A DNA stretch of 32,831 nucleotides, from assembly GCA_036522995.1 (NCBI GenBank), contig DATDEV010000219.1, forward strand, positions 1 through 32,831, in the 5' to 3' direction. The DNA is from Polyangiaceae bacterium (GTDB lineage Bacteria; Myxococcota_A; Polyangia; Polyangiales; Polyangiaceae). A program made the position numbers and the translations under genes. Below the pieces are notes generated by a model. That model ran no database searches, was not told the DNA's origin, and saw only the letters and a program-made list of their open reading frames with translations. Position 1 is the stretch's first letter. Each line of letters begins with the position of its first letter. Positions 16,501 to 25,550 of the stretch are shown one piece after another.

Positions 16501-18820
16501 CTAGCTCTTGAAAGCGACTCTGGCGGCTGTAGATGCGGTTCAGCCCGCGCAGCGCGTCGCTGGACTTCGGGTCCTCGCCGAGCACGAGCTGGTAGGTCTT
16601 TTCGGCTGCGTCGAGGTCATCGATGTCGATCTCGTAGCCTTCGGCGATCTCGCACAGCAGCGCGTGCCGCTCGGCGCCCGAGAGCGCGGCGGCGCGTCCC
16701 GACAAAACGCCGAGCGCGCGCTTGCCATCGCCGCTCTGGCGCAAGAGCTCGACCATGCCGGAGGCGCCGCGAGCGTGCCCCGGATCCTCGCCCACCACCG
16801 ACTCGTAGAGCTCGAGCGCGGCCTGCGTATTGCCGAGCTTGCTCGCGACGAGCTCTGCCGCCTCGGCGCGCAGGTCGCGCGCCACGTTGGGGGCGGCCAC
16901 GTCGGCGCGCTTGAGCAGGATCTGCGATAGCTCCGCCCACTGCTGGGCCTTGCGATAAATCTGCGACAGTGACTCGAGCGAGCGCTCGTGGCTAGGCTCG
17001 ATTTCGAGCACCTTTTGCAGCCAGGGCAGCGCCAGATCGGGGCGCGACACCTTGTCGGCGTACCAGCTGGCCATGTGCGAGAACAGATCCTGCTTCGCCT
17101 CGGTCGACTGCTCCTCGGCGGCGGCTTCGAGGCAAAGACCCAGGACCTCTTCCCAAGCTTGAAAGTGCGAGCCCGCCAGGCGCTCGATGGCGTCGGCGTA
17201 GTTGTCGACGCTCGGATCGGCGCAAAAGGCTTGGGTAAAGGCGACCAGCGCCTGCTCCTTGTCGTCCAGCTCGCCCGTGTATACCTCGCCGATGGCGAAC
17301 AGGTATTCGGCACGCTCGCTCGTGTTGGAGGCTTTTTCGCTACGCTCGAGCAGCGATTCGACCAGCTCCTCGTGCTTGCCCAGCGCGCGCCGCACCTTGT
17401 CGAGCGCCTTCGCGGTGGCGCGGTTCTCCGGCTCCAGCTTGAGCAGACCCTTGTATAGCTTTTCGGCCGACTCGTGCTGGGACGCCTTCTCGAACAGCCG
17501 GGCAGCGCGCGCCAGCAGGCGCGGCACCGCTCGTCGCTCGCTCGCCACGTCACGCGCGCGCAGCTCCTTGGCGAGCTCGAAGAAGCCTTCGGCAAGGCGC
17601 GCCGGATCCGCACCCAGATCGAGCATCGACTCGAGCTTGGCGGCTGCTTCCTCGTCGTTCGGCTCTCGTCCGAGCGCCTCGAACATCTCCGGCAAGCGCT
17701 CGTCGGTGATGAAGCTGGGTGGACGCTGCGAGGCGTGCCACAGCTTGCGCAGCCCTTCGAGCAGCTCGGCACCGTCGCGCGGCCTGCGCTCCGGGGCCTT
17801 CTCGAGCAGCGTCCGCACCAGCGTCTCCACGGCGGGCGACGCGCCGTTGCCGGGGGCGACGAAGGACAGCGCTTCGGCGGATTCGATCAGGTGCCCCAGC
17901 GCCACGTCGGCCGCGGTTTTCCCGCTGAACGGAGGCTTGCCCGAGATCAGCTCGTGAAACAGCGCGCCGAACGCATAAACGTCGCTGGCGGGCGTGGCGG
18001 GCTGCCCGCGCACCACTTCGGGGGCGAGCCCTGCCACCCAGCGCTGCTCGCCGGGATCGGAAAGGGGCGGGCGCGCCAAGCCTGCGCCGGCATCCAGCAG
18101 GCGCAGCTTCGGCGAGGCGTGCGTGGGATCCGTCACCAGCACGTTGCCGGCGTGCAGCGCGCCGTGCACGCGTCCTTCGGCGTGCAGCGTGGCCAGCGGC
18201 TCGGCCACGGCATACAGCAGTGGCAAGACCACGTTCAGATGCCGACCACCTTCGCGCGCGACGATCTGCGCCAGGGTCTCGCCGGCTGCATAGTCGTGCG
18301 ACACGGTCAGCAGCTGCTGGCCGCCGTGCTCGATGGTCTTCGAAAGCACGCCGTCGGGCAAAGCCGCGTGGGCGATCGCGCCGCACAGCCGCGCCTGCAC
18401 CAGCGCGCGCTCGGCATCACGCCGGCGAACCGTGCTGCGCAGCACGCGCAGGCGCACGTCCTCGCCGTCCAGGCGCGCGCGGTACACGCGCGCCGTTGGC
18501 CCAGCGCCGAGCTCCTCGAGCAGCAGCAGCGCGCCCAGCTCCACGCCGGGCCCGAGCGCTGGCTCGAGCACGAGGCCGTCACTGCGCAGCTTGACGAGCG
18601 GCTCCGGCAGGCGCTTACCCGTGGCTTCCACCGCGTCGAGCAGCGCCGGCACTGCATCGAGCTTCAGGCAGCGTTGCACCAGGGCTCGCGCGAAGGACGC
18701 CTTGGCGGCAGTGCCGCCCACGCTCTCGGGCTCGAGACCGAGCGAGGCGCGCGCTAGCTCCGTGAGCTCGTTCAGCGTGAGAAGTTGTTCCAGCTCGGCC
18801 GCCAGCGACTCGGTGATCAT
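13520..18820 (-). CDS. Large Ser/Thr kinase-like (probable pseudokinase) TPR-repeat protein
   Basis: Kinase subdomain remnants LGAGPTARVYRA, HGALHAGNVLV, LAPE, SDVYAFG, LLEKAPERRP, followed by more than 1000 aa of TPR-like repeats. Start at MITES (18820) avoids overlap with purL. Confidence 0.85.
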   Translation of the reverse strand: MITESLAAELEQLLTLNELTELARASLGLEPESVGGTAAKASFARALVQRCLKLDAVPALLDAVEATGKRLPEPLVKLRSDGLVLEPALGPGVELGALLLLEELGAGPTARVYRARLDGEDVRLRVLRSTVRRRDAERALVQARLCGAIAHAALPDGVLSKTIEHGGQQLLTVSHDYAAGETLAQIVAREGGRHLNVVLPLLYAVAEPLATLHAEGRVHGALHAGNVLVTDPTHASPKLRLLDAGAGLARPPLSDPGEQRWVAGLAPEVVRGQPATPASDVYAFGALFHELISGKPPFSGKTAADVALGHLIESAEALSFVAPGNGASPAVETLVRTLLEKAPERRPRDGAELLEGLRKLWHASQRPPSFITDERLPEMFEALGREPNDEEAAAKLESMLDLGADPARLAEGFFELAKELRARDVASERRAVPRLLARAARLFEKASQHESAEKLYKGLLKLEPENRATAKALDKVRRALGKHEELVESLLERSEKASNTSERAEYLFAIGEVYTGELDDKEQALVAFTQAFCADPSVDNYADAIERLAGSHFQAWEEVLGLCLEAAAEEQSTEAKQDLFSHMASWYADKVSRPDLALPWLQKVLEIEPSHERSLESLSQIYRKAQQWAELSQILLKRADVAAPNVARDLRAEAAELVASKLGNTQAALELYESVVGEDPGHARGASGMVELLRQSGDGKRALGVLSGRAAALSGAERHALLCEIAEGYEIDIDDLDAAEKTYQLVLGEDPKSSDALRGLNRIYSRQSRFQELVSVLQREVELAVTARQKITLLERIAGVWDEEFLDHEQSALALEQVLALDPTRIDAARELGRHYRVLDRFVPLSELYQRQLDKSSDDAWRLEVGLALGRVLSSELAAPQRAIEAYELVLSLQPGHKGALDALATLRATAGDSESALDAIEALAEAARTPRERAEQYLRAAVLLEEQGDLEAAIGQLKRAIDTAPEDGVARAKLKTKYVIMGNYAGVVDLLEGELENAQGAHQRSKLAGQIAVLYLRQLQDVERASSMAQLAFHLDPTDPGALRVLGRIAYDEGRFVEAAKRLEPVISVLEGMELTESAEVARLYIEALVKGGAAEKAMVMIDGLRRFLNDDARAMLAVAELASKHDAPEQAYTLTQELLQRLGPTLGLGDAARAERLRGEALIALGREDEGIVALERALDTDGRDLSPLDGIAKAHSARGRYDQALETLYRKLERTLGDERSKLLMQIGDLAATRLKNPDYAAKSYLLALSEKPNDRDILTKLMQLYGAGKDWPALIQVITKLAEVVDEKKHKAKYLHTASMIASRELGDATLARQLLERSLEFDSSLTPALDEALVQRQKARDWEGVKELLKLRVTHAQDADDRELLLTALWQLADVYERQLKRPEQAIAVCTSAHQLEPENTRWAERLARLYAEDAGGSFAESVPLLGEWVERDPYQSEPYQLLRRVYTGVRHADGAWSACQALHVLGRAEPDEERFYGRLRNGEPQPAQDSVALSDWPEYILPVEHDPAVTALMALIEPLALAARGRNIEAYGLTPEHLLSAETYPHGLMQAIATAADALGVPEPAVFQNQQDAGVLTFLPTTPPSIALGAGAFGSDLPLVTTAFVAGRSLAYFVPGFFLRQVLSNMTALKSWVFAAIRLVKPKFPVSGELEPLVNQATRELSLTPLPARQREQLTDVVSRLLRSADSLDLKKWAHSVDYAADRAGLVMCQDLEHAVTLIKSIPGEEGAPAVNMRVEKLVTYSVSTAHLTLRERLGTGVGT

Positions 18821-18978
18821 TCGACCGTTCAGAAGTAACAAACGCTGGGGGCGCTCGCTAGCGTCGCCGCTTGGCTGACCGTTTACCTGCGGCGGCGCAC
18901 CCGCGGCGGCGCCGCGGGTTCCTGGGTTACGCGAAGATTCTGCCCCCGACACCAGGCAAAAAGCCCAGTATCGAGCGT

Positions 18979-19002
18979 CAGCCGAAGGCGTCTTTTCGGC
19001 TG
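18979..19002 (-). terminator. Hairpin just downstream of purL, possible terminator or processing site
   Basis: Minus strand CAGCCGAA-AAGACGCC-TTCGGCTG forms an 8-bp stem. No U-tract follows. Confidence 0.35.
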
Positions 19003-19037
19003 GAGCTGGAACCGTTGCCAGGCGCTGCCAGCCGCGC

Positions 19038-22000
19038 CTACCCCACGAACAGGCGCGCGTTGCGAAACAGGCGCATCCAGGGCGCGTCCTCGGCCCACTC
19101 GCGCGGACGCCAGCTGTACTGCACGCTGCGGAACACACGCTCCGGATGCGGCATGATCAGCGTCGCGCGCCCGTCGTCGCTGGTGATGGCTGCAATACCG
19201 GCAGGTGAGCCGTTCGGGTTCTGGGGATAGCGCTGAGCGATCTCGCCCTGGCCGTCCACGTAGCGAACCGCCACGCGCCCCGACTGCTCGAAAGCAGCAA
19301 GGCCATCGTGCTCGGCGAACTCGGCGCGGCCTTCGCCGTGGGCCACCGCGATCGGTAGCAGCGAGCCTGCCATGCCGGCCAGCAGCACCGAGCGACTTTG
19401 CTCCACGCGCACCAGGCTGAGCCGCGCCTCGAACTGTTCCGAGCGATTGCGCACGAAGCGCGGAAAGCCCTGCGCGCCGGGGATCAGCTCGGCCAGGTTC
19501 GAGAGCATCTGGCAGCCGTTGCACACGCCCAGCGAGAAGGTACCCGAGCGCGCGAAGAACTCGGCGAACTGGGCGCGCGTTCGGGCGTGAAATAGCGCTG
19601 ACTTCGCCCAGCCGCCGCCGGCGCCGAGCACGTCGCCGTAGCTGAAGCCACCGCACGTCGCCAGCCCTTGAAAGTCGCTCAGCGAGCTACGCCCCTCCAG
19701 CAGGTCGCTCATGTGGACGTCGATGGCCGCGAAGCCGGCGCGGTCGAAGGCCGCCGCCATCTCCAGCTGCCCGTTGACGCCCTGTTCCCGCAGGATCGCC
19801 ACGCGCGGCCGGCTCGCGCCGCTGCGCGCGATGAACGGTGCTGCCACGTCTTCGTCGATGGCGAAGCTTGGCTTGAACTGCAGCCCGCCGTCGCTTTCGT
19901 CGACGCGCAGCGCCTGCTCTTCGTCGGCGCAGGTGACGTCATCGCGCAAGCGCTGCAGCGCGTGTGTGGTCTCGGACCAAACGCCGCGCAGGCTGCTGCG
20001 CGCTTCGCTCAGCAGCAGCTTGCCGCTCTGGGTCACCTCGATGCGATCCTCGTCCAGCACCGTGCCCACGTCGTGCACCAGCTCGGACAAACCCTGCTGG
20101 GCCAGCACCTCGCGCGCGCGCGCCACGTCGCTGGCGCGCACCTGGATGACCGCGCCTAGCTCCTCGGAAAAGAGCGCCGACAGCGCGTCGGGGCCGAGCG
20201 TGTCGAGCCGAATCGCCAGACCGGCGCGCGCCGCGAACGCCATTTCGAGCAACGTGACGATCAGGCCGCCGTCCGAACGGTCGTGGTACGCGAGCAGTAG
20301 GCCCGCGGCGTTCAGCTCCTGAATAGCCGCGAAAAATCCGCGCAAAAGCTGCGGATCGTCCAGATCCGGCGGCGCCTCGCCGACGCTGCCGTGGACCTGC
20401 AGCACGGCGGAGCCGCCGAGGCGATTCTTGCCGCGGCCCAGATCGACGAGCAACAGCTCGCTCGGGCCGTCGGCGCGCGACAGCTCCGGCGTGAGCGCGC
20501 GGCGCACGTCGGTGGCCGGCGCAAACGCGCTCACGATCAGCGACAGCGGCGCAGTCACGGAGCGCTCTTCGTCGCCCTGGCGCCAGACGGTGCGCATCGA
20601 CATCGAATCCTTGCCGACCGGGATGGCGATGCCGAGCTCCGGGCACAGCTCGGCGCCGACGGCTTGCACCGCCGCGTACAGGCGAGCGTCTTCGCCCGGG
20701 TGCCCCGCAGGAGCCATCCAGTTGGCGCTCAGCTTGATGTCGGAGAGGTGCGCGATCGGGGCCGCGGCGATGTTGGTGATGGCCTCGGCGACCGCCATGC
20801 GGGCCGACGCGGCGGCATCCAGCAGCGCGAGCGGGGTGCGCTCGCCCATGGCCATGGCCTCGCCGCAGTAGCTGAGGAAGCCGCTGGTAGTGAGCGCGGC
20901 GTCGGCCACCGGGACTTGCCAGCGTCCGACCATTTGGTCGCGGCTGCAGAGCCCGCCCACCGTGCGATCGCCGATCGTGATCAGGAAGGTCTTGTCGGCC
21001 ACCGTCGGCAGGCGCAGCACGCGCAGCAGCGCCTCGCCCAGGTCGATGCGCGAGTGCTGCAGCGAATCGGGCTGAAAATCCCCGCGTTCCGCGACGCGCG
21101 TCATCTTGGGCGGCTTGCCGAGCAGCACGTCCAGCGGCATGTCGATCGGCTGCTCGGCGAAATGCGCGTCGCTCACGCGCAGCTGACGTTCGGCCGTAGC
21201 GGTGCCGACCACCGCGTACGGGCAGCGCTCGCGCCGGCACAGCTCCTCGAGCTTGGGCAGCGACTCGGGCGCGATCGCCAGCACGTAACGCTCCTGAGCC
21301 TCGTTGCACCAGATCTCGAGCGGCGACATGCCAGGCTCGTCGCTGGGGATCGCGCGCAGCAAGAAGCTCGCGCCGCGTCCGCTGTCGTTGACCAGCTCCG
21401 GCAGCGCGTTCGAGAGCCCGCCGGCTCCGACGTCGTGAATCGAGATGATGGGGTTGTCGGGGCCGAGCGCCCAGGCGCGGTCGATCACCTCCTGGCAGCG
21501 TCGCTGCATCTCGGCGTTGTCGCGCTGCACCGAGGCAAAGTCCAAGTCCTCTTCCGACGCGCCCGACGCCATCGACGACGCGGCTCCCCCGCCCAAGCCA
21601 ATCAGCATGGCCGGGCCGCCGAGCACGACCAGCTTCGAGCCCGGGGGGATCTCCTGCTTCTTGACGTGCTCGCGGCGGATGTTGCCCAGGCCGCCTGCCA
21701 GCATGATCGGCTTGTGGTAGCCGCGCACCTCGCGGCCGGCAGGACCGGGCACCGACAGCTCGAAGGTGCGGAAGTAGCCGCACAGATTGGGTCGGCCGAA
21801 CTCGTTGTTGAACGCCGCTCCGCCGATCGGACCTTCCAGCATGATGTCGAGCGCCGAGGCGATGCGCCCGGGCTTGCCGTACTCGACCTCCCAGGGCCGC
21901 AGCGCGCCCGGCAAGCGCAGGTTGGAGACCGAGAAACCGCTCAGGCCCGCCTTCGGCTTGGCGCCGCGGCCCGTCGCGCCTTCGTCGCGAATCTCGCCGC

Positions 22001-22925
22001 CCGAGCCCGTGGCCGCGCCGGGGTAGGGGGAGATTGCGGTCGGGTGATTGTGGGTCTCGACCTTCATCAGAATGTCGATCGGCTCGGTCGAGTACGTGTA
22101 ACGACCCGTGAGCGGGTCCGGCAAAAAGCGCGCGGCGGTGTGGCCCTCCATCACCGCGGCGTTGTCCTTGTAGGCCGACAGCACACCGGCGGGGCTCTTT
22201 TCGGTGCTGATCTTGATCAGCTTGAACAGCGACTGTTCGCGCTTCTCGCCGTCGATCACGAAGTCGGCGTTGAAGATCTTGTGCCGGCAGTGCTCGCTGT
22301 TGGCTTGCGCGAACATCATCAGCTCCACGTCCGTCGGATTGCGACCGAGCGTGGCGTAGCTCTCGAGCAAGTAGTCGACTTCGTCGTCGGCCAGGGCCAG
22401 GCCCAGGCGGCGATTGGCGGCTTCCAGCGCGCTCTTGCCGGGGGCGAGGTCGATGCGCGACAGCGGTCGCGGCTCGGCGCGCGTGAAGAGCTGGCTCGCG
22501 TCGGCGCGGCGCTCGAGCAGCGACTCGGTCATGCGATCGTGCAGCGCGGCGCGCAGGGCTTTCTCGTCTGCGATGCTGCCGGCCAGCTGCCAGGCGATGC
22601 CGCGCTCGACGCGCTTGACCCCGCTGATGCCGCAGTTGTGTGCAATGTCGGTGGCCTTGGTCGACCAGGGCGAGATGGTGCCGATGCGCGGCACGACGAC
22701 CAGCTCGCGCCCACCGGCGTCCTGGAGCTCGATGCGCGGTCCGTACTCGAGCAGCTTCCCGAGCACCTGCCCGGCCTCGTTGCTCAGCTCGCTGCCGCCG
22801 GCGTCGACGAAATGAACGAAGCGCGCCGAGGCTTGCGTGATGCCCGGATTGTCGCGCTGCAATCGCTCGAGCTTGCGAGCGAGGCGAGCCGGGGTGAACG
22901 CGGGCGGACCGGACAGAATGAGCAT
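19038..22925 (-). CDS. purL: Phosphoribosylformylglycinamidine synthase (large single-chain form)
   Basis: 1295 aa with [28 protein letters not shown], and glutaminase motifs GVCNGCQM and MPHPER. Confidence 0.98.
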   Translation of the reverse strand: MLILSGPPAFTPARLARKLERLQRDNPGITQASARFVHFVDAGGSELSNEAGQVLGKLLEYGPRIELQDAGGRELVVVPRIGTISPWSTKATDIAHNCGISGVKRVERGIAWQLAGSIADEKALRAALHDRMTESLLERRADASQLFTRAEPRPLSRIDLAPGKSALEAANRRLGLALADDEVDYLLESYATLGRNPTDVELMMFAQANSEHCRHKIFNADFVIDGEKREQSLFKLIKISTEKSPAGVLSAYKDNAAVMEGHTAARFLPDPLTGRYTYSTEPIDILMKVETHNHPTAISPYPGAATGSGGEIRDEGATGRGAKPKAGLSGFSVSNLRLPGALRPWEVEYGKPGRIASALDIMLEGPIGGAAFNNEFGRPNLCGYFRTFELSVPGPAGREVRGYHKPIMLAGGLGNIRREHVKKQEIPPGSKLVVLGGPAMLIGLGGGAASSMASGASEEDLDFASVQRDNAEMQRRCQEVIDRAWALGPDNPIISIHDVGAGGLSNALPELVNDSGRGASFLLRAIPSDEPGMSPLEIWCNEAQERYVLAIAPESLPKLEELCRRERCPYAVVGTATAERQLRVSDAHFAEQPIDMPLDVLLGKPPKMTRVAERGDFQPDSLQHSRIDLGEALLRVLRLPTVADKTFLITIGDRTVGGLCSRDQMVGRWQVPVADAALTTSGFLSYCGEAMAMGERTPLALLDAAASARMAVAEAITNIAAAPIAHLSDIKLSANWMAPAGHPGEDARLYAAVQAVGAELCPELGIAIPVGKDSMSMRTVWRQGDEERSVTAPLSLIVSAFAPATDVRRALTPELSRADGPSELLLVDLGRGKNRLGGSAVLQVHGSVGEAPPDLDDPQLLRGFFAAIQELNAAGLLLAYHDRSDGGLIVTLLEMAFAARAGLAIRLDTLGPDALSALFSEELGAVIQVRASDVARAREVLAQQGLSELVHDVGTVLDEDRIEVTQSGKLLLSEARSSLRGVWSETTHALQRLRDDVTCADEEQALRVDESDGGLQFKPSFAIDEDVAAPFIARSGASRPRVAILREQGVNGQLEMAAAFDRAGFAAIDVHMSDLLEGRSSLSDFQGLATCGGFSYGDVLGAGGGWAKSALFHARTRAQFAEFFARSGTFSLGVCNGCQMLSNLAELIPGAQGFPRFVRNRSEQFEARLSLVRVEQSRSVLLAGMAGSLLPIAVAHGEGRAEFAEHDGLAAFEQSGRVAVRYVDGQGEIAQRYPQNPNGSPAGIAAITSDDGRATLIMPHPERVFRSVQYSWRPREWAEDAPWMRLFRNARLFVG

Positions 22926-23000
22926 GCCGGGCGCAGCCTGATGCTGCGTTCAGAGTGCCGCAAGCCGGAACCGCACTTCGCAATTAATTAGTAATTATAA

Positions 23001-23909
23001 CTAGTTACGCGGCAATCCGCGCGCCTTGAGCGTGCCGAGCAGCGTGCGGCTGGCCGCGGTCAGGGCCGAGCCACTTCGGAACACCCCGCTCCAGCGCCGG
23101 CGCAGGCCGCGGCGCGTGAGCCGAACCGCTATTAGCTCTCCGCGCTCGACCCGCCGCGAAAGCGTGAATCCGGCCACGATGCTCACCCCGAGCCCGGCCT
23201 GCACCAAGTCCAGCATGGCCTCCGCCACCGCCACGCGCATGACGTGCAACTGGGGCGCGGTGCTGCCGAAGAGCAAGCGCTTCACGCGCTCACGCTCGAG
23301 CTCGCTGATGTTGCTTTGGATCAGCGTCAGCCCCGCGAGGTCTGCCCCTTCCACGTAGGGTTTGCGACCGAGCGCGTGACCCGGCGGCAATGCCAGCACC
23401 AGCTCATCCTCGAACAGCGGCACGCGCGTCAGCTTGCCCCGCTTGGGAGGCGCGACGCACAGCACGAGGTCGAAGCGACCCTCGTCGATGGCGTGAGCAG
23501 CGTCGTCGACGCTGTCGCTGCTGAGCACCAGCTCGACCTCGGGGTGCTCGGCCGCCAGCGTCGTCAGCGCTTTCGGTAGCCAGTGGTAGGCCGTGTAGCA
23601 CTGCGTGCCCACGCGCAGCTTGATGCGCTCGGGATGCAGCCCGCGCTTCAGCTCCAGCTCGGCTCGCAGCAGCGGCCCGAGCACCTGCGGCGCCAGCGCG
23701 ACCAAGTGCTCGGCAGCGGGCGTCGTCGTCAGGCGCCGCCCGTCGCGCCGAAACAGCAGTAGCCCCAGGCGCTGCTCCAGCCCGCGCAGCTGGTGGCTCA
23801 CCGCGGACTGGCTCAGGTGGAGCACCTTGGCGGCCTGCGTGGCCCCGCCCGCTTCGGCGATGGCCAGAACCAGCCGCAAATCGCGCGTCTCCAGCGTGCC
23901 GCTCTGCAT
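23001..23909 (-). CDS. LysR-family transcriptional regulator (MetR-like)
   Basis: HTH AAKVLHLSQSAVSHQLRGLEQRLG. LRVGTQCYTAYHWLP resembles the MetR-type substrate-binding segment. Confidence 0.9.
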   Translation of the reverse strand: MQSGTLETRDLRLVLAIAEAGGATQAAKVLHLSQSAVSHQLRGLEQRLGLLLFRRDGRRLTTTPAAEHLVALAPQVLGPLLRAELELKRGLHPERIKLRVGTQCYTAYHWLPKALTTLAAEHPEVELVLSSDSVDDAAHAIDEGRFDLVLCVAPPKRGKLTRVPLFEDELVLALPPGHALGRKPYVEGADLAGLTLIQSNISELERERVKRLLFGSTAPQLHVMRVAVAEAMLDLVQAGLGVSIVAGFTLSRRVERGELIAVRLTRRGLRRRWSGVFRSGSALTAASRTLLGTLKARGLPRN

Positions 23910-23936
23910 GCGTATGAGTAAACTAGATGGGTTGCA

Positions 23937-23949
23937 TGAAATCAATTCA
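23937..23949. promoter_or_regulatory. LysR/MetR-type box TGAA-N5-TTCA in the LysR-GST divergent region
   Basis: TGAAATCAATTCA. A second T-N11-A element, ATGAGTAAACTAGAT, lies at 23914-23928. Confidence 0.65.
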
Positions 23950-23985
23950 CTTCATTCATGACGCACTTCTGGCTATCGAAAGCCC

Positions 23986-24630
23986 ATGTCCTTCACACCC
24001 AGGCTCTATTACTCGCCCGGCGCCGTCTCGATGGCCACCCACATCGCGCTCGAGGAGCTCGGCGCGCCTTATCGGCTCGAGCCGATCCTGATCCGCGAAG
24101 GCCAGCAGCTGAGAGAAAGCTACCGCCGCGTGCACCCGCTCGGTCGCGTGCCCGCGCTCGAGGTTGCTCCCGATGCCATCCTCACCGAAACCCCGGCGCT
24201 GCTCGGCTACATCGCAGACCAGGCGCCTGCGCTCGAGCTCTTGCCTCGCGAGCCGCTGCAGCGCGCGCGCGCCAACGAATGGATGAGCCTGCTGTCCAGC
24301 GCCGTCCACGTCGCCTTCATCTCGTTCTTTCGCCCGCAGCGCTACACGTCGGACGAAGCCGCCGTCGCCGCCCTCAAAGTCGATGGCAAACAGCGCTTCT
24401 TCGAGCTGCTGCGCCACGTCGAAACCCGCCTCCCCGAAAGCGGCTTCGTGCTCGGCGACCGCTACTCCCTGTGCGACTCCTACCTCAGCGTCTTCTTCCT
24501 GTGGGCCCGCCGCTTCGAGCTACCCGTCGCCGAGCTCCCCCGCTACGCCCGCCTGCTCTCCCAGGTCCTCCCACGCCCCGCCGTCCGCCGCGCTCTGGAA
24601 CAAGAGGGCTTCGGGCACCTCTACGCCTAG
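23986..24630 (+). CDS. Glutathione S-transferase family protein (beta-class-like)
   Basis: LYYSPGAVSMATHIALEELG, HPLGRVPAL, LTETPALLGYIAD, FVLGDRYSLCD, RPAVRRAL. Confidence 0.93.
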   Translation: MSFTPRLYYSPGAVSMATHIALEELGAPYRLEPILIREGQQLRESYRRVHPLGRVPALEVAPDAILTETPALLGYIADQAPALELLPREPLQRARANEWMSLLSSAVHVAFISFFRPQRYTSDEAAVAALKVDGKQRFFELLRHVETRLPESGFVLGDRYSLCDSYLSVFFLWARRFELPVAELPRYARLLSQVLPRPAVRRALEQEGFGHLYA

Positions 24631-24652
24631 GGCTGCCACTCCGCAGCTTGCC

Positions 24653-24699
24653 TCGCAGAAGCCACCGTCCCGGCCCCAGGTAAACGGTGCTTGCTGCGA
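24653..24699. terminator. Imperfect hairpin between convergent GST and trpA
   Basis: TCGCAG-AAG-c-CACCGT ... ACGGTG-CTT-g-CTGCGA, 15 paired bases with two bulges. No U-tract. Confidence 0.4.
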
Positions 24700-24788
24700 C
24701 GCAGTCGCCCTATCGGCGCGGCGCCCATTCACGCTCGCACGACTCCCGATCTCCCGACCGCCCTGTGAAAAAATCAGGGAGACGTGCG

Positions 24789-25550
24789 TTAGCGTAGTGA
24801 TTCGAGGAAGGGGGTGACGGCGGAGATGCCGCCGCGCTCGAGGACGCGGAGGGTTTCGCTGCCGACGACGGCGATGTCGGCCTTGCCGCGCAGGAACGCG
24901 ACGTCGGTCTTGTCTTTGACGCCGAAGCCGACGGCGAGCGGTAGGCTGGTGGCGGCGCGAGCGCGAGCGAGATACTCGGAGAGCTCGCTGGAGAAGGCGG
25001 TGGCGCTGCCGGTGACGCCCTTGCGCGCGACGCAATACACGAACCCGCGAGCGTGCTCGGCGATCGTAGCCAGCCGCGCCGGTGGAGTGTTGGGTGAATA
25101 GATGAAGATCGGCGCCAGCGCTTGCTCGTTCATGGCCGCCAGATACTCGTCGCCTTCTTCGGGTGGCAGATCCGGCACGATCGCACCGCGCAGCCCGAGC
25201 TCGGCCATGCGCGCCGCGAACCTGGCCACGCCGTGCTTGAACAGGATGTTGTAGTAGGTCATGAACAGGAACGGCACGTCGAAGCGGCGCGCCACCTGCC
25301 CGGCCAGCTCGAAACAGCGCTCGACCGTGGACCCGGCGGCCAGCGCCTCCTGATTGGCGCGCAGGATCACCGGGCCATCCGCGCTCGGCTCGGAGAAGGG
25401 GATTTGTAGCTCGATCAGATCGACCCCGGCCGTCACCATGGCTTCGACGAGGCGCAGGCTGGTCTCGAACGACGGGTGGCCCGCGACGATGTGCGTCATG
25501 AGCAGGATGTCGCGCGTTTGGCGGCGCTGCTTCAGGTACTGCTCAAGCAC
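24789..25550 (-). CDS. trpA: Tryptophan synthase alpha chain
   Basis: IELQIPFSEPSADGPVI, MTYYN, IVPDLPPEE, GFVYCVARKGVTG, PLAVGFGV. GTG start with GGAG upstream, overlapping the trpB stop. Confidence 0.96.
   Translation of the reverse strand: MLEQYLKQRRQTRDILLMTHIVAGHPSFETSLRLVEAMVTAGVDLIELQIPFSEPSADGPVILRANQEALAAGSTVERCFELAGQVARRFDVPFLFMTYYNILFKHGVARFAARMAELGLRGAIVPDLPPEEGDEYLAAMNEQALAPIFIYSPNTPPARLATIAEHARGFVYCVARKGVTGSATAFSSELSEYLARARAATSLPLAVGFGVKDKTDVAFLRGKADIAVVGSETLRVLERGGISAVTPFLESLR

Noticed and set aside
18821-19138. N-terminal extension of the 1872-aa ORF
   Set aside because: Overlaps the purL 3' end and hairpin-rich intergenic DNA. Protein-like sequence begins at MITES.
19939-22991. 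1014-aa (-) and 866-aa (+) ORFs overlapping purL
   Set aside because: Alternative-frame and antisense artefacts of GC-rich codon usage. purL explains the region.
22975-23002. 28-nt ACTTCGCAATT-AATTAG-TAATTATAACT as a dif (XerCD) site
   Set aside because: The outer bases resemble dif, but the conserved inner TAA/TTATG flanking the spacer are missing. Kept only as an AT-rich element.
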